DNA from: an uncultured Bdellovibrionales bacterium
Lineage (GTDB): Bacteria > Patescibacteriota > Minisyncoccia > Moranbacterales > UBA1568
Reading direction: 5' to 3'
DNA: 35,309 bases
Assembly (NCBI GenBank): GCA_964561695.1
Contig: CAZLQC010000005.1
Location: 1-35,309, forward strand
Shown here piece after piece: positions 24,733-32,946 of the stretch. Made by a program: the position numbers and the translations under genes. Numbering within the stretch: position 1 is the stretch's first letter; each line of letters opens with the position of its first letter. Below the pieces are notes generated by a model. That model was not told where the DNA came from, ran no database searches, and saw nothing but the letters and a program-made list of their open reading frames with translations.

Positions 24733-25638
24733 TTATGAAAGTGAAAGAAAGAGCTGTTCCAAAGTAAGGCGAGGCTGCACTTCTGAACGTTTCAGTTCAA
24801 TAAGAGTAGCGTCTAGTTTTTCTAATAAGAAAAGATGCTTTTTAAGCTGTTCTTCGGCTTTTATTTCTCTAGTCCGTACATACAGCCCTGGTAAAAACCA
24901 TTCGAAGAGCTGGATCAGGGTTGGAATATCTTTAGCTAGTTCGTCAGCCAGTGTCAGTCGAGCACGTAGTGACAAAGTAGAGATTTGAAAAAGTTTGGTG
25001 AGAAATTCTTTTTTCTTTTGGAAGGTCTTGGGATTTTCTACAGCTTGAAACAATACCCCTGGACGGCCAAGGCGAAAAAAGAAATCTGGTAACGTATCCC
25101 CTACAGTTAATCCAAGAGAAGGGCCCTCTTGCTCTAGGCTATCAACGGGAACAAAACCAAAACGCATCTCCACTAAACGAGATAATAGAGTAGCTACGAT
25201 TTTTTGTCGTTCATGGGTAACCAAAATAATAATCGCTCCCGGTTCTGGCTCTTCAACAAACTTGAGCATCATATTCTGCGACGCAACAGTCAGCAGATGG
25301 GCATCGTCGACAATAAGTACCTTATACTTACCCTCTTGTGGAGAAAGCTGTAAAAAGCGTAACCCGGCACGTGTTTCTTCTACCCCAATACTTTTCTTGC
25401 GAGTGACTCCCCTTCTCACTATTCGTACTGGCTCTAGTATCTGAATATCAAGCGGAGTGGGTTGATCGAGAGAGACTACAAAGTGGGGTTTACCGACCAG
25501 CTCCAGAGCCCACTCAAACGCCACTCGACGCTTACCGACACTTTCTGGCCCGACAAAGAGATTGCTCTGTGAGACTTGTTTTTTTTCTAGACGCTCTTTG
25601 AGCGCTCTGCGTTCTTTGTGGTGACCAATAATATTCAT
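24733..25638 (-). CDS. holB: DNA polymerase III subunit delta'
   Basis: FVGPESVGKRR (degenerate P-loop), LIVDDAHLL, MLKFVEEPEP and TLLSR. The ORF track starts at TTG 25662, but ATG 25638 preceded by GAAAGG is preferred and removes the overlap with the upstream gene. Confidence 0.8.
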   Translation of the reverse strand: MNIIGHHKERRALKERLEKKQVSQSNLFVGPESVGKRRVAFEWALELVGKPHFVVSLDQPTPLDIQILEPVRIVRRGVTRKKSIGVEETRAGLRFLQLSPQEGKYKVLIVDDAHLLTVASQNMMLKFVEEPEPGAIIILVTHERQKIVATLLSRLVEMRFGFVPVDSLEQEGPSLGLTVGDTLPDFFFRLGRPGVLFQAVENPKTFQKKKEFLTKLFQISTLSLRARLTLADELAKDIPTLIQLFEWFLPGLYVRTREIKAEEQLKKHLFLLEKLDATLIELKRSEVQPRLTLEQLFLSLS

Positions 25639-25639
25639 A

Positions 25640-26767
25640 TTACCTTTCTCTAAAACCTTCAATCGCTTGCTTAAATTCAGTCATAAAACGCTCCTCGCTG
25701 AAGAAACTTGCTCTGGCTCGTAATACATTCCTATCGAAACTACTCTCCTGTTGAATAAAGCGCAGAATAGCTTCAGCGAGAATCTCTGGCATGAAGGTAT
25801 TGAAGAAAAGCCCGTGAGTCTGGTCTAAAACAATCTCTCGTACCCCTCCTCGTAGAGATGCTATCACTGGTGTCCCAGCCGCCAAAGCTTCAACCGCCAC
25901 AAGTCCAAAATCTTCTTCTGATGGAATAATAAGAGCTCGAGCGCCCTGATACAAAGCCTGAAGTTCAGTATCTGTCACCCTTCCTTTGAAAGTCACCGTC
26001 TTACCAGCCAATCCTTCTAACGCCTCTTTTTCAGGTCCAGTACCTACTACCATAAGCGGTAGACCCAACTTATTCATAGCATCAATAGCCACGTCAACTT
26101 TTTTAGCTCTGGTCAGTCGTGAAACTACAAGAAAGTAGGTTCTTTCTTTTTCTTCTGTAACTGCTTCTGCTATCTGAATACCTGGGTACACTACTTCGCT
26201 CGGTTTACGGTAGTACTTAGCAATCCTCTCTTTAGTAAACTGTGAATTAGCCAATAACAGGTCTGGCCGGTCAGCTGCCTGAAAATCCCATACCCGTAGA
26301 TATGACAATGCAAAACGACCGAAAATTCGGAAGGGAAGCGAGAGACCAAGATCCTGTAAGTAGCTCCTGTGTTTATCCCAAGCGAAGCGCATAGGAGAGT
26401 GGAGATAAGCAATATGCTTCGTGTGAAGACGAGTGACTAAGCCTTTACTCCACGCTCCAGAGGAAGAAATTACCAAGTCATACTCACGGAGATCAAAGGA
26501 CTCAATAGCAGCTGGAAAGAGGAGTAAGAGGAGCTTTGGACGATTACGAAGAAAAGCTGGTAATTTGGCGAGCCAAGAGGTTCGGACACGTACCTTTGGG
26601 AAATATTCTTTGGTTAGACTTGAATCAGCAAGAAGTGTGTACACTGGTGCATCTGGGTACACCTTACAGATCGCCTGGAGTACCCGTTCTGCACCACCGT
26701 AACTGGTCAAAAAGTCATGTACAATGGCTATTCTTTGAGATCTGCTCTTTGGAGTGTTTTCTGACAT
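25640..26767 (-). CDS. Glycosyltransferase family 4 (GT-B, group 1)
   Basis: N-terminal SYGGAERV and the C-terminal EX7E-type motif SEEDFGLVAVEALAAGTPVIA. Confidence 0.8.
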   Translation of the reverse strand: MSENTPKSRSQRIAIVHDFLTSYGGAERVLQAICKVYPDAPVYTLLADSSLTKEYFPKVRVRTSWLAKLPAFLRNRPKLLLLLFPAAIESFDLREYDLVISSSGAWSKGLVTRLHTKHIAYLHSPMRFAWDKHRSYLQDLGLSLPFRIFGRFALSYLRVWDFQAADRPDLLLANSQFTKERIAKYYRKPSEVVYPGIQIAEAVTEEKERTYFLVVSRLTRAKKVDVAIDAMNKLGLPLMVVGTGPEKEALEGLAGKTVTFKGRVTDTELQALYQGARALIIPSEEDFGLVAVEALAAGTPVIASLRGGVREIVLDQTHGLFFNTFMPEILAEAILRFIQQESSFDRNVLRARASFFSEERFMTEFKQAIEGFRER

Positions 26768-26796
26768 AGCATATATATTTTGGCTTCACTTTTGCT

Positions 26797-26805
26797 ATTA
26801 TAGCA
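26797..26805 (-). promoter_or_regulatory. Possible extended -10 promoter (TGcTATAAT) for the GT4/holB/ftsQ operon
   Basis: The minus strand reads gTGCTATAAT (plus 26797-26805), about 30 nt upstream of ATG 26767. The -35 is weak. Confidence 0.4.
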
Positions 26806-26947
26806 CGTGAGAATATACCTGATTAGAGGTTGAGACTTCTTGTCTCAAATTCTTTTTTAGCGAAGCTAGGAACGAAAAAGCTGGTCTTTTCGAAGAAAAG
26901 TTTTGAGTGACTTGGTAAGGACAAAGCGCTGGCGACGTCCTGTTCGT

Positions 26948-26984
26948 CAAAAAAGAATCTGAGATTAGAAATACGAACTAATCT
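26948..26984 (-). terminator. Weak AT-rich hairpin plus T-run overlapping the stop codon of the upstream GT4 gene
   Basis: AGATTAG(26962-26968)/CTAATCT(26978-26984). On the minus strand it is followed by cagattcTTTTTT. The stem has only 2 GC pairs. Confidence 0.35.
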
Positions 26985-28068
26985 CTCTCGCGCACTTCTC
27001 CCAACTGAACCGTTCAAGATTTTTTTCCATCTTTCCTTGGAGAACAATTTTTTCCTCTGCATTCATCCGAAGTACCGTATATATACCCTCCGCAATACTC
27101 TCACTACTCATCGGGTCTACATAGAGAGCTCCCCCACCCCCTACTTCTGGCAATGATGAGGTGCTACTAGTTACAACCGGTACCCCCACTGCCTGAGCTT
27201 CAAGTACGGGTAAGCCAAAACCTTCATACAATGATGGAAAGATAAACGCTACAGAATTTTGGAAGAGTGTCTGTTTTTTATCAAAAGAAACATACCCCAG
27301 CTCTTCAATATCTTTTTTGAATCTTGACTCCTGAATTTTGGACTGAATTTTCCCATAACCATGTCCCTTTTTTCCAATAAGAAGTAATCGGTGTGCTATC
27401 TGATAACGCTCTTTGAGTATCTCAAAAGCTTCAATAATACGAACCACATTCTTACGCTCTTCTAGCCTGCCTATGAACAGTAGGTATGGTGAAGATTCTT
27501 GTTGAGGATTATTTATTTTAGGGTAAGAGATAAAGCCTTCGCCAATAATAGTTATCTTGTTTTTTTGTATACCGTATAACTCTACCAAATCCTGTTTTGT
27601 ATTTTCAGAGACAGCAATAATTCTATCTGCTTTCATACACGAATACCGAATAGAGAGTCGCATATACAGGCGTTCCCAAAAACCATAGCTTAGAGGACTC
27701 ATCTCATACTCCAGTCCATGGACAGTGACGATGTTACGCTTCCCTCCAATCAGTGGCAAAGTATGAGCTGGCACAAACAGGGTATCGACAGGATGAAGAA
27801 GCATCTCGAGAGAGAGTCCTACTTGAGTCCAAAAGCGTGGCGCCCAAATACCTCGTAGCTCCCAGTTACTGGGGAGTGAAAAATCAATTTCCGGATAAAT
27901 AAAAACTGGCTTCCAATTCCTAACACGGAGTTTCTTCCTAACATAAAGATGTACACTCCCCTGAGAAGGTATGGTGTCCCGGAGGTGTTTTACTACTTGA
28001 TAACTGTATTCTTCAATACCAGTCCTATAGCGAAGAAAGGCTCGAGAAGCATCAATACCAATGTGCAT
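26965..28068 (-). CDS. Glycosyltransferase family 4 (GT-B, group 1)
   Basis: SLYEGFGLPVLEAQAVGVPVVTS (EX7E motif) and the typical GT4 length. Confidence 0.8.
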   Translation of the reverse strand: MHIGIDASRAFLRYRTGIEEYSYQVVKHLRDTIPSQGSVHLYVRKKLRVRNWKPVFIYPEIDFSLPSNWELRGIWAPRFWTQVGLSLEMLLHPVDTLFVPAHTLPLIGGKRNIVTVHGLEYEMSPLSYGFWERLYMRLSIRYSCMKADRIIAVSENTKQDLVELYGIQKNKITIIGEGFISYPKINNPQQESSPYLLFIGRLEERKNVVRIIEAFEILKERYQIAHRLLLIGKKGHGYGKIQSKIQESRFKKDIEELGYVSFDKKQTLFQNSVAFIFPSLYEGFGLPVLEAQAVGVPVVTSSTSSLPEVGGGGALYVDPMSSESIAEGIYTVLRMNAEEKIVLQGKMEKNLERFSWEKCAREISSYF

Positions 28069-28069
28069 A

Positions 28070-29089
28070 CTATTTGGTTAACATGATGGTCCGCTTATAG
28101 ACATCTAGGTTCTCTAATACGATTCCTGTCCCTTTCACTACACAGAAAGCTGGGTCATCGGCTACATAGCACGGCACGTTGATGGTTTTCGAGATCAGCT
28201 GGTCCAGATGACGCAACTGTCCTGTCCCACCAGAGAGGACCATTCCCTTATCCATGATATCTGATGCCAACTCTGGAGGTGTTTCTTGCAATACCTGTTT
28301 GATGACATTGATAATTTCACGTAGTTCATCTTGGATAGCCTCTGTTATTTCATTGGATGAGAGATTGACGGTCTTTGGGAGGCCACCCATCAAATCACGA
28401 CCACGCACTTCCATATAGTCTTCTTTGACTTGAGCCATAGCTGAGCCAATAGTGATTTTTATTTCTTCAGCTGTACGGTCACCGATAGCGAGGCTGTACT
28501 TACGCTTGATGTAATCAGAAATAGCCTGGTCAATACGATTACCCCCAACACGCGCACTATGAGCCGCTACTACGCCACCAAGAGAGATAATGGCAATTTC
28601 TGAAGTTCCTCCACCGATATTGATGATCATATTGCCCTGAGCGGTATGAATGGGAATACCAGCTCCAATAGCTGCTAGAATAGGTTCCTTAATCACGTAA
28701 GCTGCCTTGGCACCAGCTTTCATAGCAGCATCAATGACAGCGCGTCTTTCAGTTGAAGTGATGCCAGCTGGAATAGAGATGACTACTTCGGGACGAAAGA
28801 AACGCACTCGTCCGCTTACTTTGTTCAAAAAGTAGCGGATCATAGCCTCGGTCACTCGGTAATCAGCAATGGCTCCGTCACGCAGTGGTTGTTTAGCGAC
28901 AATAGTATCTGGTGTGCGACCCAGCATTTCCTTGGCCTCATTTCCAACTGCCAGTACCTTGTTTTCCAAGAGTGAAATAGCCACCACTGATGGCTCATTG
29001 ATGACTACTCCTTGTCCTGGCACGAAGACCAAGGTGTTAGCCGTGCCGAGATCTATACCAATTTTTCGTAAAAAGAAACTCTTTTTCAT
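28070..29089 (-). CDS. mreB: Rod shape-determining actin homolog MreB
   Basis: IGIDLGTANTLV, NIGGGTSEIA and LSGGTGQLRHLD motifs. 339 aa. Confidence 0.95.
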   Translation of the reverse strand: MKKSFFLRKIGIDLGTANTLVFVPGQGVVINEPSVVAISLLENKVLAVGNEAKEMLGRTPDTIVAKQPLRDGAIADYRVTEAMIRYFLNKVSGRVRFFRPEVVISIPAGITSTERRAVIDAAMKAGAKAAYVIKEPILAAIGAGIPIHTAQGNMIINIGGGTSEIAIISLGGVVAAHSARVGGNRIDQAISDYIKRKYSLAIGDRTAEEIKITIGSAMAQVKEDYMEVRGRDLMGGLPKTVNLSSNEITEAIQDELREIINVIKQVLQETPPELASDIMDKGMVLSGGTGQLRHLDQLISKTINVPCYVADDPAFCVVKGTGIVLENLDVYKRTIMLTK

Positions 29090-30345
29090 AGCTCAAGGCG
29101 TTTAATATCTGCTCCAATACCAGCCAGACGCTCCTCTATTCTTTCATAACCACGGTCTACTTGGTAAATTTCTTCAATCACTGTTGTACCCTCAGCACAG
29201 AGCGCTGCAATAATAAGAGCGGCGCCAGCTCGCAAATCATAACTTTTAATACGTGTACCCTTGAGTCTGGTGGCGCCAGTTACTACTACCTGATGCGGAT
29301 TAAGCACCTTCGCGTGTCCGCCCATTTTCTCCAGCTCCTGCACATAATTAAAACGTCCCTCAAAAAGCGGATCATGAATGAGGGTCTCACCAACAGCTTG
29401 AGTGGCGAGAATACCAAACGGTGCTTGCACATCAGTTGGAATACCTGGATAAATGCGGGTATCTACTTTGGTCACAGCTTCAAGTGTTTCTGGTATTACA
29501 GTAATCTGATTGTCTTCGATAGCAAAGCCTACTCCAAACTCACGCAGTTTTTCCAGTACCGCATCAAGGTGTTCCTCTCTGGCATTGACTACTGTCAGCG
29601 GACTCTTCGTAGCTGCTCCCAGAATGAGGAATGTTGCTGCTTCGTTGGCATCTGGAATCAAAGTATGTTCAGTACCCTGAAGGTTTTCTTTGCCAGTCAC
29701 CAAAAGAGTAGTGGTGCCTATCCCATCGATCTTAACTCCAAGACCTCTCAGAAAGTGACAGAGGTCTACTACATGAGGTTCACAAGCTGCGAGTTTGATA
29801 GTGGTCATACCTGGTAATACTGAAGCTAACATCAACACATTTTCAGTAGCTGTAACAGACGATTCTCGCAAAACAAGAGTAGCAGCTTTACGTTCGGTAG
29901 CATCAATTTCATAGCCCTGTGCTGTTTTGCTCACAACCACACCAAGTTTATGCAGAGCATCCATATGCGTATCCACTGGCCTTGCTCCGATGACACACCC
30001 TCCTGGATGACTCAGGCTAAAGTGATCCTGCTTGGCCGACAGAGATCCTAGCAAAAGAATCGATGAGCGGAGCTGTTTGACCAATGCCTGATCAAGCTTG
30101 GTAACATCATAATTACCTGGCGTAATCTGAACAGAGTGCTCATCTTTCCACGCTACTTCTACCTCCATACTCTCTAGAATCTCAAGCATGCGGAACACAT
30201 CCTCAATGCGTGGGATGTTGTGGATGAGAGAAGTTTCTGGTGTCAGTAGAGTGGCAGCGAGAATAGGGGTAGCGGCGTTTTTGGAGCCAAAAACAGCTAT
30301 TTCTCCCTTCAATTGCTTGCCTCCAATGATTTCAAATACGTGCAT
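29086..30345 (-). CDS. murA: UDP-N-acetylglucosamine 1-carboxyvinyltransferase MurA
   Basis: GSKNAATPILAA, and HPGGCVIGARPVDTH with the catalytic Cys retained. 419 aa. There is an ATGA overlap with mreB. Confidence 0.95.
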   Translation of the reverse strand: MHVFEIIGGKQLKGEIAVFGSKNAATPILAATLLTPETSLIHNIPRIEDVFRMLEILESMEVEVAWKDEHSVQITPGNYDVTKLDQALVKQLRSSILLLGSLSAKQDHFSLSHPGGCVIGARPVDTHMDALHKLGVVVSKTAQGYEIDATERKAATLVLRESSVTATENVLMLASVLPGMTTIKLAACEPHVVDLCHFLRGLGVKIDGIGTTTLLVTGKENLQGTEHTLIPDANEAATFLILGAATKSPLTVVNAREEHLDAVLEKLREFGVGFAIEDNQITVIPETLEAVTKVDTRIYPGIPTDVQAPFGILATQAVGETLIHDPLFEGRFNYVQELEKMGGHAKVLNPHQVVVTGATRLKGTRIKSYDLRAGAALIIAALCAEGTTVIEEIYQVDRGYERIEERLAGIGADIKRLEL

Positions 30346-30410
30346 TTTCTCTTGTATTAAGCCTAAAGTAGGCTAAGTATAGCTCAATACCGGCTTTTTT
30401 TCAACCCTCA

Positions 30411-30439
30411 AAAAAACCTCTCGAAAGAGAGGTTTTTTT
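30411..30439 (-). terminator. Intrinsic terminator after trxB (hairpin symmetric, usable on both strands)
   Basis: CCTCTC(30417-30422)-gaaa-GAGAGG(30427-30432), flanked by A7 and T7 runs. It lies 27 nt downstream of the trxB stop. Confidence 0.8.
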
Positions 30440-30465
30440 GAGACATATACTGAGAAATCTAAGTA

Positions 30466-31386
30466 CTACCTCTCCTTACGGATATAGTCGTAGGCCGAAA
30501 GAGCGGCGATAACACCGTAGCCAGCAGAAATGTTATTTTGCTTGTATGGCACGTCGGTAGCATCGCCAGTCGCAAATATACCAGGGGCTGAAGTAGCGGC
30601 TGTTTTGCCATCAACCACTATTTCATTACGTTCGTTCATCTCAAGCAGGTTAGCGACAAACTCTGTATTAGGCACCATACCGATCTCCACAAAGACGCCA
30701 TCTACTGGAATAGTTTTTTCTGTGCCAGCCTCTAGATCACTATAAAGCAGTCCAGTCACGTTGGTCTCACCAAGTATTTCCTGAGTCAAAGCGTGGAAAA
30801 TTACGCTTACCTTCGGAGAAGCCAGGATATGATCCTGCGTGATTTGATCCCCCTTCAATTCTCCAGAACGCACAATCAGGACAATCTCGCTGGCATATGG
30901 GAGTAAATCTTCTACCGCTTCTAGTCCAGCGTTACCCCCTCCTACTACGGCTACCTTCTTATCACGAAAAAATGGGGCATCACAGGTAGAGCAATACACC
31001 ACACCCTTTCCTTTGAATTTCTCTTCACCTGGGACGTCTAGGTGACGATGGCGTCCACCTGAAGCCACAATAACTGTCTTGGTATCGTAGCTGGCCTTCG
31101 GTGTCGTCACCGTGTAGCCTCCTTCTGGCCGCTTGGTCAGCTCAGTAACCTTGTTCCCTATTTCAATTTCCAGTCCCTCTTGGGCACGCAAGTGCTTCTC
31201 CAGAGACTGAGCAAAATCCCAGCCCGTAATAGTCTCTGTCCCAATCCAGTTCTCAATGCCAGCCGACACAGCTGACTGACTCTCAAAACTTTCAGTGATA
31301 AAGAGGGCCTTCATCTGCTTGCGAGCAGCATAAATACCTGCCGCTACTCCTCCTGGACCCCCTCCGATAATGATAATGTCGTACAT
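30466..31386 (-). CDS. trxB: Low-molecular-weight thioredoxin reductase family flavoprotein
   Basis: IIGGGPGGVAAGIYAAR (FAD binding), redox CSTC (30982-30993), VVGGGNAGLEA (second Rossmann fold) and GDATD. Confidence 0.85.
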   Translation of the reverse strand: MYDIIIIGGGPGGVAAGIYAARKQMKALFITESFESQSAVSAGIENWIGTETITGWDFAQSLEKHLRAQEGLEIEIGNKVTELTKRPEGGYTVTTPKASYDTKTVIVASGGRHRHLDVPGEEKFKGKGVVYCSTCDAPFFRDKKVAVVGGGNAGLEAVEDLLPYASEIVLIVRSGELKGDQITQDHILASPKVSVIFHALTQEILGETNVTGLLYSDLEAGTEKTIPVDGVFVEIGMVPNTEFVANLLEMNERNEIVVDGKTAATSAPGIFATGDATDVPYKQNNISAGYGVIAALSAYDYIRKER

Positions 31387-31478
31387 GTCTTAGTAATGAA
31401 AAAGTTAAAAATCAAATATCAAAAACTTCAATATTCTTCAATGGACATCTTCCAGTATACGGATGAAAAAAGCCTCTG

Positions 31479-32870
31479 TCAAAGGGCCAAAACCGCCCCC
31501 CGAAACTGGTCTCCTCGGTCAAATTCATTCTGAAACATTCCAAAGCTGGCCGCTCCAGGAGCTAAGAGTACTGTATCGCCAGCAGAAACTTGTTCTTGGG
31601 CACACTGGATTGCCTCTTTCATACTCCCCACTTCTTCTATCTTCCCCTTAAGTTCTGGTGTCAGTACTGCTCTTAATTTGTCTGTACCGCTACCAGAAAA
31701 CAGAATTGTGTATTTGGCATGCTCTATAGCGACTACCAGTTCATCAAGGGGCAGTCCTTTATCACTCCCCCCTGCCAATAGCACCACTGGACTAGCGATA
31801 GAACGTACAGAAGCAAGTGTAGCACTCGGTATAGTAGCCGCCGTGTCATTGATATAGCGTACTCCACCAAATTCACGTATGAGTTCAAAACGATGGGGTA
31901 CCCCTCGGAAAGTGGCCAAGACCTTACTAATCACACCTATACTCACCCCATATCTGTGGGTAACAAGACTGGCTGCTAGAAAATTCTCAAACAAATACTC
32001 CCCCTGAAGAAAGGAAGTCTCTTTCTCAAGTAAAATAGTATCTTGACCTTCGACTCGCATATAGAGCCTCGCCTCATCTTGCCAGGCTTCAGAATGGGTA
32101 TCTTTCCCGGTATACAAAACCTCGCCCAGAGCTCGTTTGGAAAAATACTCTGTCCAGACATTCTCCTGCGACAATACCAATACACCTCGTTCATCTTGAA
32201 ACATAAAAATCTTAGCCTTATCCTCGGCATACTCCTCCATACTAGCGTAGTAGTTAAGATGATCAGGATAGAGATTGGTGATGATAGCCATGCTCGGACT
32301 CTTCTCAATAACCCCTAGCCCTGAAAGACGCCATGACGAAAGCTCAAAAACTACCACGCTATCTTTGGTCACCTTAGAAAGCTCTGAAAGCACCCCTATC
32401 TGGCTAATCCCTACTCGCACAACATGATGCCCGGCAGTTTCTAGTATTTCTGCTACTAGAGTGGCTGTAGTAGTTTTTCCCTTACTCCCAGTAATACCAA
32501 TGATTGGGGCATCACAGAGGGCCATAAAAATACTAGAATCCATCAGGATGAGAGCTCCGTGCTCTTTGGCTATTTTAATATACTGGTTATCCCATCTAAT
32601 ACCCGGATTCTTAACCACTATGTCTGCCTCTTGAAAATCCGCTTCAGTATGTCCTCCCAGATGCCAGCTAAGACGGCTATCTTCTGGGAGTAGTGCTTTG
32701 GTGGCATGAAGCTCTTCTTCACTTTTCATGTCCGTAATAACAATGCTGGTTGCTCCTGTGCCGAGCAAAAACTCCACTGTCCCTAATCCCCCGCCATTAA
32801 GGCCAAAACCAAAAACAAGCACCTTGCGGGCGTTAAAAGAGTCTCTATTAAGACTTTCTTGGGTATTCAT
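31479..32870 (-). CDS. murD: UDP-N-acetylmuramoyl-L-alanine--D-glutamate ligase MurD
   Basis: N-terminal Rossmann-like VFGFGLNGGG and the Mur ligase P-loop GITGSKGKTTT. 463 aa. Confidence 0.9.
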   Translation of the reverse strand: MNTQESLNRDSFNARKVLVFGFGLNGGGLGTVEFLLGTGATSIVITDMKSEEELHATKALLPEDSRLSWHLGGHTEADFQEADIVVKNPGIRWDNQYIKIAKEHGALILMDSSIFMALCDAPIIGITGSKGKTTTATLVAEILETAGHHVVRVGISQIGVLSELSKVTKDSVVVFELSSWRLSGLGVIEKSPSMAIITNLYPDHLNYYASMEEYAEDKAKIFMFQDERGVLVLSQENVWTEYFSKRALGEVLYTGKDTHSEAWQDEARLYMRVEGQDTILLEKETSFLQGEYLFENFLAASLVTHRYGVSIGVISKVLATFRGVPHRFELIREFGGVRYINDTAATIPSATLASVRSIASPVVLLAGGSDKGLPLDELVVAIEHAKYTILFSGSGTDKLRAVLTPELKGKIEEVGSMKEAIQCAQEQVSAGDTVLLAPGAASFGMFQNEFDRGDQFRGAVLAL

Positions 32871-32946
32871 GTCCCTAGTATGGCATTTTTAGAGTTATTT
32901 GGCACTAGTTTAGCCAAAAACAGAGCCGTGGCTTTCTTGTGAACCC

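Noticed and set aside
26823-27062. 79-aa minus-strand ORF spanning the GT4 gene end and the intergenic region
   Set aside because: It overlaps the 3' end of a well-supported GT4 CDS in another frame and crosses hairpin and terminator elements. Its composition is Lys/Phe/Ser-rich, typical of spurious ORFs.
31463-32318. Short ORFs 31463..31651 (+), 31976..32308 (-) and 32043..32318 (+) within murD
   Set aside because: They are shadow frames of the well-supported murD CDS.
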